Assembly (NCBI GenBank): GCA_016871995.1
Contig: VHBL01000003.1
Coordinates: 1 to 32,000, forward strand
Length of the DNA: 32,000 nucleotides
Direction: 5' to 3'
Source: Nitrososphaerota archaeon
Lineage (GTDB): Archaea > Thermoproteota > Nitrososphaeria > Nitrososphaerales > UBA57
Part shown: one piece after another, positions 15,495 to 22,967 of the stretch
How the letters are laid out: each line of letters starts with the position of its first letter
How positions within the stretch are numbered: position 1 is the stretch's first letter
Translations under genes and position numbers: made by a program
Notes under the pieces: generated by a model
Told to the model about the DNA's origin: nothing
Database searches by the model: none
The model's input: the letters and a program-made list of their open reading frames with translations, nothing else

Positions 15495-18215
15495 TTGGCA
15501 TTGAGGAAACTGCTCGTTGGATGGCTTCTGGTAATTCTCCTGCTCCCAATAGTAGCGACCAGCATAAACGCGCAGCAGCAATCAGATCCGACAAGAACCT
15601 ATGACGAAGTTCTGAGCTTGAACGTAGTCAGCAATGTTGGACTGTGGAAGATTAAAGAAGTAGGAGTCAACGTTTCATCTCTGAAAGTTTCTGCTGCTGA
15701 AAACATAGCAAACGTGCAGGAATATGAGCTTCTATTCACAAAACATTCCGAATACGACTCAAGGGTTGAATTCTTTAAGTCTTACGGCTACAATGTTCTA
15801 GGTTTTGACATTCTTCCCCAGCAGGGCGCGGTACTGCGGGTTAACACTCCATCGTTGGAAGCTGCTAGGCAAGTCGCCACAGTGTTAGAGAATACCTTCA
15901 GGTTGAGCTTCATCCTCATAAGGAGCACCGGGAACAACCATCTTTTCTATTCCGGCGCTGAACTGGGAAGACCTCAGGATCAAAAGTTCTTGCCGATAAA
16001 CCTCTGGAACCTGTTTACTGGAAGAGGTGGATTCGATAGGTTGGTGACTATGGACACCTTCCAGATCAACCCAGTGCCGATGCTTGCATTATACGGAAAA
16101 CGAGAAACATCAGGCTTCACTTATACCATCTGGGTTGGAGGAATAACTGCTGACGCAACGGCCAATTCAGCCATAAGGTACGACAACTTCTTCCAGTTCA
16201 TACAGACAGGAGGAATAAATGCTTCAAGAACGGCAAAGACATCCACGATAGAGTTCAAGACCTTTGGTCAGTTGGTAACACCTCAAGATAAATACGATTT
16301 TGCCCATGTCCCAGATGTTAGAGGGAGCACAGCAGTCTCTCTGATGTCGCCGAATGAGAATAGGTCGAGGTTCAATTTCGACTACAAAAGGACTCCAGGC
16401 AATCTTGTTGTCACTAGGTCTGTCGACAAGACAGCAGCTGTCGCTGGGGAGACTCTGGAATACAGGATAAGGTTTGAGAACACAGGGCCTGTAGGGCCTA
16501 CGGCTGGCGGCACATCAATAGATTTCGTAAATGCGAGAGAAACATGGTTGCAACAACACTTTGATGTCGTACGTGCAGAGTCGAACTTTACAATAAGGAA
16601 CCTCGAACCAGGTACATCAAAGACCTTCGTCTATATCTTGCGTGCAAGGACCACATCTGAAGCTGTAGCATCCACGAGCCAAACGGATAGCACCTTCAAC
16701 TTCAACTACACTGTTGCTAACAGGAAGTTCACTTCGACCGTAATGGCAAACGATATGAACATAGTTCTGAACAGAGGGGCAGCGGCCCTAGTGGCCGAAG
16801 CCTCTGTAACAGAGTATTACCCTACGACACCGGGGAACTCAAGCCTTGTCCTGCTGATAAGAAATGGAGGAACGCGAACTGCATTTAATGTAAGAGCGTT
16901 CTTGGGCGACAATCTGATAACTACTGTGCCTTCAGTCGCACCGGATCCAGTCAGGCCAGAGAGAGTTACAACCCCAATACCTTTCGACAACTTCGCTCTT
17001 AAGAAGCGCGACCTGTTCTGGAGGATAGAGTGGACTGATGACAACAGAGTCCAATCAGTAAGGTCAAACACGATACCTATCTTTGAAAACTATACTTCCA
17101 CGGCAGTGCCCAAGCTGTCTGTGGAAAAGACTTCGGTGCAGAACAAGACAAAGGGCGACGGGATATATGAAACTAAAATTACCATAAGGAATGGCGGCAA
17201 GACGCCTACTGGAGCATTCGAAATACTGGACTTTCCTCCAAAGGGAACGACATTTTCATCTGGAGACTTCTCGCCTTCTGGGCAAGGAGTTTCTACGATA
17301 ATAGACAACATACTGCCAAATTCCAGCAAGACGGTATCCTATCTTAGCAGGGGACTATCGAAGATCAACATAATCACTGGTCCTGCATTTCTCAGGTTCA
17401 AGATAGGAGAGCAGACTTCGGAAGTACTTACCAAGTCTATAGTAAGTGCTGATGCTGTAGTACTTGAAAAGACTACTAACACGCAGAAGGGCTTCATAGG
17501 CTACAACTTTACCGCAAATATCAGCCTCAAGAACGAGGGCGTGGAAAGCATCTACAACGTTGCGATAGACGGTAGGGATTCTCCGCTAAGAGTCGTCAAG
17601 GGAGACAATGTTGCGGCAAACGAAACTCTGGCTCCTGGCCAATCCGTCAACCTGCAGTACAGCCTCCAAACATTCAGAGGACAGAACGCTTCCCAAATTG
17701 GTGCCTATGCAAGGTTCACTCTTGCAGGTGCCATACTGGAAACTGCTACGAAAGCCATCCCTATAGAAGTGTACAACGCGCCTCAAGTTAGGATAAGGCT
17801 CTCAGAGCCCGGCATATTGGATAACAGGCCTTACACCGTACTCCTTGAGATTGAGAACCCTGCCCCTATCTCGATAAATTCACTTTCAATTGTGCCTAAC
17901 GTTATTGAAAACTTCAGAATCAGTGGAGGAGACCTAGGTGCTCAAGTTTCAAGGCAGATGGCTCCGGGAGAGAAGATTACGGTGTCAGCAACAGGAATGA
18001 GCACTCAGCCCAACAAGCCGATGCGCTTTGCTCCAAAGATAACCCATGTTTACGAAGGTCAGACCGTGAACGTGCCAATCGCGGAGCTCAATGTAGTCGT
18101 TGGCGAGGATGTCATGGCAAGGTTTTCGCTGCCAGTAGGAGCTGGGATTGCGATAGTTCTAGTGACATGGATACTTGTCAGAAGAGCTGTGCAGAAACCA
18201 GAGGAAAAAGATTAG
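15495..18215 (+). CDS. 906-aa exported surface protein with repeated CARDB/DUF11-like Ig-fold modules and a C-terminal TM anchor
   Basis: Signal LLVGWLLVILLLPIVATSINA. Repeated segments such as VDKTAAVAGETLEYRIRFENTG, VEKTSVQ...YETKITIRNGG and LEKTTN...FTANISLKNEG. I count 13 N-x-S/T sequons. C-terminus is FSLPVGAGIAIVLVTWILVRRAVQKPEEKD. TTG start. Confidence 0.8.
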   Translation: MALRKLLVGWLLVILLLPIVATSINAQQQSDPTRTYDEVLSLNVVSNVGLWKIKEVGVNVSSLKVSAAENIANVQEYELLFTKHSEYDSRVEFFKSYGYNVLGFDILPQQGAVLRVNTPSLEAARQVATVLENTFRLSFILIRSTGNNHLFYSGAELGRPQDQKFLPINLWNLFTGRGGFDRLVTMDTFQINPVPMLALYGKRETSGFTYTIWVGGITADATANSAIRYDNFFQFIQTGGINASRTAKTSTIEFKTFGQLVTPQDKYDFAHVPDVRGSTAVSLMSPNENRSRFNFDYKRTPGNLVVTRSVDKTAAVAGETLEYRIRFENTGPVGPTAGGTSIDFVNARETWLQQHFDVVRAESNFTIRNLEPGTSKTFVYILRARTTSEAVASTSQTDSTFNFNYTVANRKFTSTVMANDMNIVLNRGAAALVAEASVTEYYPTTPGNSSLVLLIRNGGTRTAFNVRAFLGDNLITTVPSVAPDPVRPERVTTPIPFDNFALKKRDLFWRIEWTDDNRVQSVRSNTIPIFENYTSTAVPKLSVEKTSVQNKTKGDGIYETKITIRNGGKTPTGAFEILDFPPKGTTFSSGDFSPSGQGVSTIIDNILPNSSKTVSYLSRGLSKINIITGPAFLRFKIGEQTSEVLTKSIVSADAVVLEKTTNTQKGFIGYNFTANISLKNEGVESIYNVAIDGRDSPLRVVKGDNVAANETLAPGQSVNLQYSLQTFRGQNASQIGAYARFTLAGAILETATKAIPIEVYNAPQVRIRLSEPGILDNRPYTVLLEIENPAPISINSLSIVPNVIENFRISGGDLGAQVSRQMAPGEKITVSATGMSTQPNKPMRFAPKITHVYEGQTVNVPIAELNVVVGEDVMARFSLPVGAGIAIVLVTWILVRRAVQKPEEKD

Positions 18216-19288
18216 CGCTCCCTTTTGCCCTCTACGAATTCGATGAACCTTCTCTTCGCCTCTTCGTAGGGTAGTTGTTGAGGGGGATGCTTGAAGCAGT
18301 ATGAGGAGACACTGGTCAGCGATCCTGAAACGCCTCTCTCCAGCCCCAATGCTGTTCCTCTAATTGCGTCTATCATTATACCTGCACTGTTGTAAGCATC
18401 CACGACATGCAGTTTCAAGTCTATAGTTAGGGGGATGTTTCCGAAATACCTCCCTTTGAGGTAGACGTAGCATATCTTGTCGTTGTCGAGGAAGTTGACG
18501 TAATCGCTAGGGCCTATTCTTGTTGGGACATCGTACGGAGCCATAGCCCTTACTGCACTTGTCTTACTCTCCCTCTTATCAACTAGCCTGCTCTCTTCGA
18601 GCATGTTCAAAAAGTCCGTATCCCCTCCAAGGTTCAACTGGTAGGTTTCATCGACCTTCACTCCCCTATCCACGCAGAGCTTTACGATAGTTTTGTGCAG
18701 AACTGTTGCGCCGAGCTGGCTCATCACATCATCCCCTGCAACTGGCAGGGAAGCCTTGGAGAACTTCTGCTCCCACTCCTCGTTGGAAGCGATGAATACG
18801 GGCATAGCGTTGACGAATGCAGCCTTTGCTGCTATAGCCTGTGCAGCATAGAACCTTGTCGCTTCCCCGCTGCCTACTGGAAGATAATTTACTACAATGT
18901 CGGCTTGAGCGTCAGAAATAGTGTCAGAAACTTCTGTAGGTTCAACTTTATCGAGGGGGACGACATCTTTAAGATACTTTCCTATGCCGTCAAGTATCTT
19001 TCCCTTCTTCACCTTTACGCCCAGCCTTGGCACATCCGTTATTTTGATTGTATTGTTGGGCTTCTCGAAGATCGCTTCAGAAATGTCTTTGCCAACTTTC
19101 TTTGCATTCACATCAAAGGCTGCAACAAATTCTATGTCTCCCGGTTCATAGCCTCCAAGCGAATAACTTGTCAAGCCAATGGAATCTTCTTCGCCCCTAA
19201 TCTTGTAGTATTCGGCGCCTTGAACCAAGGCTGAGGCGCAATTGCCTACCCCTACCAGAACAACCCTAATCTTTCGCAAAGCTGACAC
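18212..19288 (-). CDS. ino1: myo-Inositol-1-phosphate (inositol-3-phosphate) synthase, GTG start
   Basis: IRVVLVGVGNCASALVQGAEYY N-terminus and LNLGGDTDFLNML, as in prokaryotic Ino1-type MIPS. Confidence 0.92.
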   Translation of the reverse strand: MSALRKIRVVLVGVGNCASALVQGAEYYKIRGEEDSIGLTSYSLGGYEPGDIEFVAAFDVNAKKVGKDISEAIFEKPNNTIKITDVPRLGVKVKKGKILDGIGKYLKDVVPLDKVEPTEVSDTISDAQADIVVNYLPVGSGEATRFYAAQAIAAKAAFVNAMPVFIASNEEWEQKFSKASLPVAGDDVMSQLGATVLHKTIVKLCVDRGVKVDETYQLNLGGDTDFLNMLEESRLVDKRESKTSAVRAMAPYDVPTRIGPSDYVNFLDNDKICYVYLKGRYFGNIPLTIDLKLHVVDAYNSAGIMIDAIRGTALGLERGVSGSLTSVSSYCFKHPPQQLPYEEAKRRFIEFVEGKRER

Positions 19289-19301
19289 TTCGGTATTCTA
19301 T

Positions 19302-19318
19302 ATTCATAATAACCTTTC
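19302..19318. repeat. Left copy of a perfect 17-bp direct repeat (attcataataacctttc) bounding the GC-rich island; candidate attL/target-site duplication
   Basis: Identical 17-mer at 25784-25800. Its reverse complement (ttattatgaat) supplies the TATA-like element ~10-25 nt upstream of the ino1 GTG. Confidence 0.7.
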
Positions 19319-19326
19319 TGAAAGGT
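19312..19326. repeat. Perfect 7-1-7 palindrome acctttc-t-gaaaggt straddling the left repeat/island junction
   Basis: Read directly from the sequence. Absent from the right junction (acctttc-ctactgc). Confidence 0.6.
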
Positions 19327-19341
19327 AAACTTAATTGGGTC

Positions 19342-19365
19342 AGGTTGACTTGCCCAACCTACCCT
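19342..19365. repeat. Copy 1 of an imperfect 24-bp direct repeat (aggttgacttgcccaacctaccct)
   Basis: 22/24 identical to 19512-19535. Can fold as a ttggg/cccaa hairpin. Confidence 0.55.
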
Positions 19366-19511
19366 CCCCCATCTTTTTGACAACTTGGCGGGCCCGAAGG
19401 GTCTTGACCCAGAAAGTGAGTCAACTAGCCTATTGGAGGAGGGCGTCAGACCTCCTTCCCAATTTTAAGTCATCTTTTGATGAGTTGCGGTTGGTTTTAA
19501 CTCAATAGGCT

Positions 19512-19535
19512 AGGTTGACCTGCCCAGCCTACCCT
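19512..19535. repeat. Copy 2 of the imperfect 24-bp direct repeat (aggttgacctgcccagcctaccct)
   Basis: 170 bp from copy 1. Can fold as an aggct/agcct hairpin. An inverted partial copy, gtcaactagcct, lies at 19420-19431. Confidence 0.55.
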
Positions 19536-19658
19536 TCAACACATTCTTAACAAATAGCGTGTCCGATACAAGAACGCTTTGCTTCAGACGGTGTGAATAG
19601 AACGAAGACTTGCCAATTACTAGGACGATGAAAGGTGATCCTTTAGCTCGGAGATGAA

Positions 19659-20201
19659 TTAATCATGGCTATGATGTGGCACGACGGGCATCTGGCAACA
19701 CCAAAACTCTCGCAGCGGGGCCTGCATTCTTGCCATAATATCGACTCCTCCTGCGTCGAATCCTACCGAATTATTTCCCTCTACAAGGAACAGCGAAATC
19801 TCACTTGAACGCTTGGGTCTTGAAATATCATCGGAGTGATCTAACACGGTGTACAGTTACTTCAATCCGTTCTTGAGCGAATTCCAGAGAGGCCAGAGTG
19901 GTAGGCATCTAGGGTCAACTCCGGGTGAGACAAGACCACCAATGTTGAGGAACATGACTAGATCGTCTTCGAGGACAGGATCGTGAAGCCCGTCGAGTAT
20001 CTTTCTGAAACTGATTTCTTTCTCCGCGTACTTACCGCTTGGTCCCCCAACCAAAAGCCCACGAAGGAGCGCTGTCCGGCGATCTACAACATGACAGATG
20101 TCATCTGGATGTGTGCCAGGATTGTCTAGCTGCACGAGGCGCCGCTGAAATGAAGCCCGACCGAAGTCCGCAGAATCGGCCATCAGTGGAGAAAGAGTCA
20201 T
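19659..20201 (-). pseudogene. Cyclase/kynurenine-formamidase-family gene (PF04199-like) interrupted by an in-frame TAA; probably decayed
   Basis: ORFs 20201-19857 and 19847-19659 share one frame and are separated only by a TAA (19859-19857) plus 3 codons. NPGTHPDDICH resembles the HxGTHxDxPxH metal motif, with the first His and the Pro lost. VGFDAGGVD resembles the distal G.D..S.D block. The N-terminal region is short. Confidence 0.45.
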
Positions 20202-20227
20202 TAGGTCTATCGAGCCACTCCGGGCTT

Positions 20228-21055
20228 GTGGACGACGGCGACCTGCGGGAGCTACTGACCAAGTTCGGACTCACCCTGTCCGAAGCGGATGTCTTCATCA
20301 CCCTCGCGCAGCTCAGGAAATCGGGAGGCGGATGGGTAAGCGGAGCCGAGCTGGCAGAGCTGGCCGGGAAGCCCCGCGTAAGGGTATACCAGATAATTCA
20401 GGCCTTGGTTGGGCTCGGCCTCGTCCAGGCCAGCTTCGGGAGGCCCAAGGAGTATTCGGCGGAGCCGCCCCAGGTCGCGATGAGGAAGCTGGTCGCGGCT
20501 CAGGAGAGTAAGCTCAACGAACTGGCCCACCTCGAACAGCCGGCCGTCGAGGAGCTCCTGAGGCTGCCTCCCCTGGAGGATGGTCAAGGGGCCGGGAGGA
20601 GGTCGAGGATGTCGTTCAACATCGTTCAAGGGATTCCGAACATCCAAACCGCGATAAAGAGCGTCCTCAGATGCGAGGGTGCCTCCGTCGTGGTCAACAG
20701 GCAGTCCGTCGACCAGCTTGTCCCGACGCTGGGGTACCTGAAGGATGGACCGAGGTCGTTACGGCTCCTCGTCACGGGCGGGGCGGCCATGCCCAAATAC
20801 GCGCGCAGGATAGGAAGGAAGGGCAGGCAAGTCGAGGTGAGGCGTCTCGCAGAGGAGATGCCGACGACGGTGCTCACGGAGATGACGTTCGTGCTCCTAC
20901 TCTACTCTGTCGAGAGCTACAGGCCGAAACCCCTATCTCGGCCAAGGGACAGGTCCACTGCCTCGTACTGCGTCTCGGTGTCGGACGATTCTTACCTGAA
21001 GCAGGCGGGGTGCCTCTTCCAGTCGCTCTGGCGCTCAGCCGGGGGAGCATCTTAA
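20228..21055 (+). CDS. TrmB-family transcriptional regulator (wHTH plus C-terminal domain); GTG 20228 proposed as start, ATG 20150 possible
   Basis: LLTKFGLTLSEADVFITLAQL...SGAELAELAGKPRVRVYQIIQALVGLGLVQASFGRPKEYSAEPP, followed by the coiled segment LVAAQESKLNEL, is the TrmB N-terminal pattern. The 5' part of track ORF 20039 overlaps the divergent gene. Confidence 0.8.
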   Translation: MDDGDLRELLTKFGLTLSEADVFITLAQLRKSGGGWVSGAELAELAGKPRVRVYQIIQALVGLGLVQASFGRPKEYSAEPPQVAMRKLVAAQESKLNELAHLEQPAVEELLRLPPLEDGQGAGRRSRMSFNIVQGIPNIQTAIKSVLRCEGASVVVNRQSVDQLVPTLGYLKDGPRSLRLLVTGGAAMPKYARRIGRKGRQVEVRRLAEEMPTTVLTEMTFVLLLYSVESYRPKPLSRPRDRSTASYCVSVSDDSYLKQAGCLFQSLWRSAGGAS

Positions 21056-21090
21056 AGGCAGGTGTGCCGAATACTGATGGAACTGAGCCC

Positions 21091-21783
21091 ATGCCCAAGC
21101 TTTATGGAGTATATCTCGACCTCTATCTGAGGGCCGTGTTGGACAAGGACAAGGCGGAGGCATTCTCCGTCATCAACGGCTTCCTCAAGATGAATTCAGA
21201 TCCGGCGAAGGCATTCGGGATGATTGCCGCCGCCCAGACGGAGGTGGGCGACCTCTGGGCTAGCAACGCGATCAGCGTGGGCGACGAGCATTTCGCGACC
21301 GAGGTTGCGCTGGAGGCGATAACGGTGATAGCGAGCCAGTTCAGGCCGGCGAGGAGGGACGGCGCAAGGACCGCTCTCGTCGTAGGAGGAGTCGAGGGCG
21401 AGTTCCACCACGTCGGGGCGAGGATGTTCGCCGCATCGCTGGAGATCGAGGGCTGGCGGGTGGACTTCCTGACGAATCTGTCGACGAAGCATCTCTTGGA
21501 TTACGCAAAGGGGCGCAAGGGGAAGATAGACCTGGTTTCGCTGGGAGTGAGCCTCAGGCTGAACCTGCCCGCGCTCGAAACGGCCCTCGCCGATCTCCGC
21601 AGGCTGCCTGAACTCAGGGAGACAGTGATAATCGTGGGAGGGAGCATCTTCAGGGACCCGAGGCTGAAGAGGCGCCTCATAAAAGCGAAGGGGCACGGCG
21701 CGCTGGCGAACTGCGTCTGCACGACACTCGACGAAGGCATGAAGGCTGCCATGCGCCTCACGGCAGGCAGGCTGGCAGTGTGA
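21091..21783 (+). CDS. Stand-alone cobalamin-binding protein (B12-binding_2 helical bundle plus Rossmann B12 domain), CarH/LitR-sensor-like but lacking a DNA-binding domain
   Basis: W56-x9-E66-H67 (DLWASNAISVGDEHF; tgg at 21256, gag-cat at 21286-21291). E104-F-H106-H-V-G109 (ExHxxG; His codon at 21406-21408). An S/L-rich segment about 41 residues later and IIVGGSIF. ATG 21091, or GTG 21064, lies 8-35 nt after the TrmB stop. Confidence 0.85.
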   Translation: MPKLYGVYLDLYLRAVLDKDKAEAFSVINGFLKMNSDPAKAFGMIAAAQTEVGDLWASNAISVGDEHFATEVALEAITVIASQFRPARRDGARTALVVGGVEGEFHHVGARMFAASLEIEGWRVDFLTNLSTKHLLDYAKGRKGKIDLVSLGVSLRLNLPALETALADLRRLPELRETVIIVGGSIFRDPRLKRRLIKAKGHGALANCVCTTLDEGMKAAMRLTAGRLAV

Positions 21784-21828
21784 TTCGGGAAGAAAAGGTA
21801 TTTGGTCTGGCCGGGAGCACGCCCATCC

Positions 21829-22309
21829 ATGCAGCAGCTGCCATACCTATTCGCGGAGGGCCTCGCCTTGGGCCTTCTGTCGACAGCGGTAATGACACTC
21901 TTCGAGCTGCCGGCCTGGAGGAGGTGGGGGTATACGGGGAGTCCTCGAGTGGCATGAGAACGAGGAGATCTGCGCGAAGCTTGGAGGGAGGGGAGGCGGG
22001 ACCAACTATGCGGGGGTCTTCGGGCTGCACTTCATCAACGGCGGAATAGCGGGAGGATCTTTCCCGGTTATCAGGCAGACCTTCCCGATATTCGGGTCCT
22101 TGCCGCTGCCTCATTACGGCCTCCTCTTCGGCGCCACCCTCTGGATTCTCAAGCTTCTTCCCATCCACAGGCCTATAACGGGTCTCAGCGTATGGAGGCA
22201 CCCTCTGGGACGCGGTCCCGCGCTGGTGAGCATCGCAGGACATTTGATCTATGACTTGACCATGGCCTTGCTCGGCACGCTCTTGTACTGGCCGAATGTT
22301 AGTTTGTAA
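21829..22309 (+). pseudogene. Small (~160 aa) 4-TM membrane protein split by a +1 frameshift at a G5 run
   Basis: Frame 1 reads MQQLPYLFAEGLALGLLSTAVMTLFELPAWRRWG... and stops at 21955-21957. Frame 2 is open from 21896 and continues ...GIRGVLEWHENEEICAKL...LPHYGLLFGATLWIL...WPNVSL* (end matches track ORF 22100-22309). Removing one G from ggggg (21926-21930) fuses them. Confidence 0.5.
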
Positions 22310-22363
22310 GTTTCTATGCGAAATTACAATCTGGTCATAAGGCGTGCGTTTCTTACCTTAGCC

Positions 22364-22810
22364 ATGCAAAAAACCATAACTAAAGACATCATCGACACCG
22401 CGGCGGACGCGGGGTCGTTCAAGACGCTGGTTGAGGCCTTGAAGGCAGCCAACCTCGTAGAGACACTGAAGGGGAGAGGCCCGTTCACCGTCTTCGCGCC
22501 GACTGACGAGGCATTCGCGAAGCTTCCGAAGGGAACGGTCGAGGGGCTCCTCAAAGACATACCGAAGCTGACGGCGATCCTGACCTATCATGTTCTGCAG
22601 AACAGGGTCTCAGCGAAGGAGGTTCTCGCCATGACCTCGGGAGGCAAGACTCCAGCGGTCGAGACGGTACAAGGGAGCACGGTTACCCTCCGGTCGAGGG
22701 GAATACTCTCAAAGATCGTGTACGTGAACGACGCGAAAGTCGTGAAACTTGATGTGGAGGCCAGCAACGGCATCATTCACGTCATAGACAATGTGATCCT
22801 GCCTCCTTAA
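22364..22810 (+). CDS. Fasciclin (FAS1) domain protein (track ORF starts at 22316; Met17 at 22364 is more likely)
   Basis: [48 protein letters not shown]...LTYHVL...[13 protein letters not shown] matches the FAS1 H1/YH/H2 blocks. No obvious signal peptide. Confidence 0.85.
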   Translation: MQKTITKDIIDTAADAGSFKTLVEALKAANLVETLKGRGPFTVFAPTDEAFAKLPKGTVEGLLKDIPKLTAILTYHVLQNRVSAKEVLAMTSGGKTPAVETVQGSTVTLRSRGILSKIVYVNDAKVVKLDVEASNGIIHVIDNVILPP

Positions 22811-22967
22811 GGCAGGGGCCTTTTTTTCTTGGTGATGTTGCTTGGGACATACCGTCCCACGGGTCAAGAGCTCTTCTTTTTCTGGTCGGTGGCAGGAGAC
22901 CTGGAGCCGGGGTGGAGGTGCTCTGAATTATTTCTCGCTGGAAGGAATGCCAGACAGCAAGGATGGC

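Noticed and set aside
15052-15604. 180-aa minus-strand ORF and 65-aa plus-strand ORF over the radA 3' end and the start of the next gene
   Set aside because: They overlap RadA and the signal peptide of the 906-aa protein, and have no supporting motifs.
18695-19234. 179-aa and 76-aa plus-strand ORFs inside ino1
   Set aside because: They are antisense to a well-supported inositol-phosphate synthase. The translations are Cys- and Leu-rich nonsense.
19289-19660. A tRNA gene as the integration target of the island
   Set aside because: No T-loop/acceptor pattern or anticodon-arm geometry is recognisable next to either repeat. The target appears to be a promoter spacer.
20039-20227. 5' extension of the TrmB ORF (track start at 20039)
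   Set aside because: This region overlaps the divergent cyclase-like gene and encodes no recognisable structure. The wHTH begins just after GTG 20228, and ATG 20150 remains a weaker alternative.
20671-21090. 140-aa N-terminal extension of the B12-binding ORF (track start at 20671)
   Set aside because: It lies in an alternative frame of the TrmB gene. Its Arg/Gly/Ala-rich composition is typical of out-of-frame GC-rich DNA. The domain starts at Met141 (21091).
20101-22243. Multiple minus-strand ORFs in the island (66, 131, 83, 74, 166, 109 and 161 aa), plus the plus-strand 21780-22049 ORF
   Set aside because: High GC suppresses stop codons and produces long spurious frames. The translations are Arg/Pro/Gly-rich and overlap better-supported plus-strand genes.
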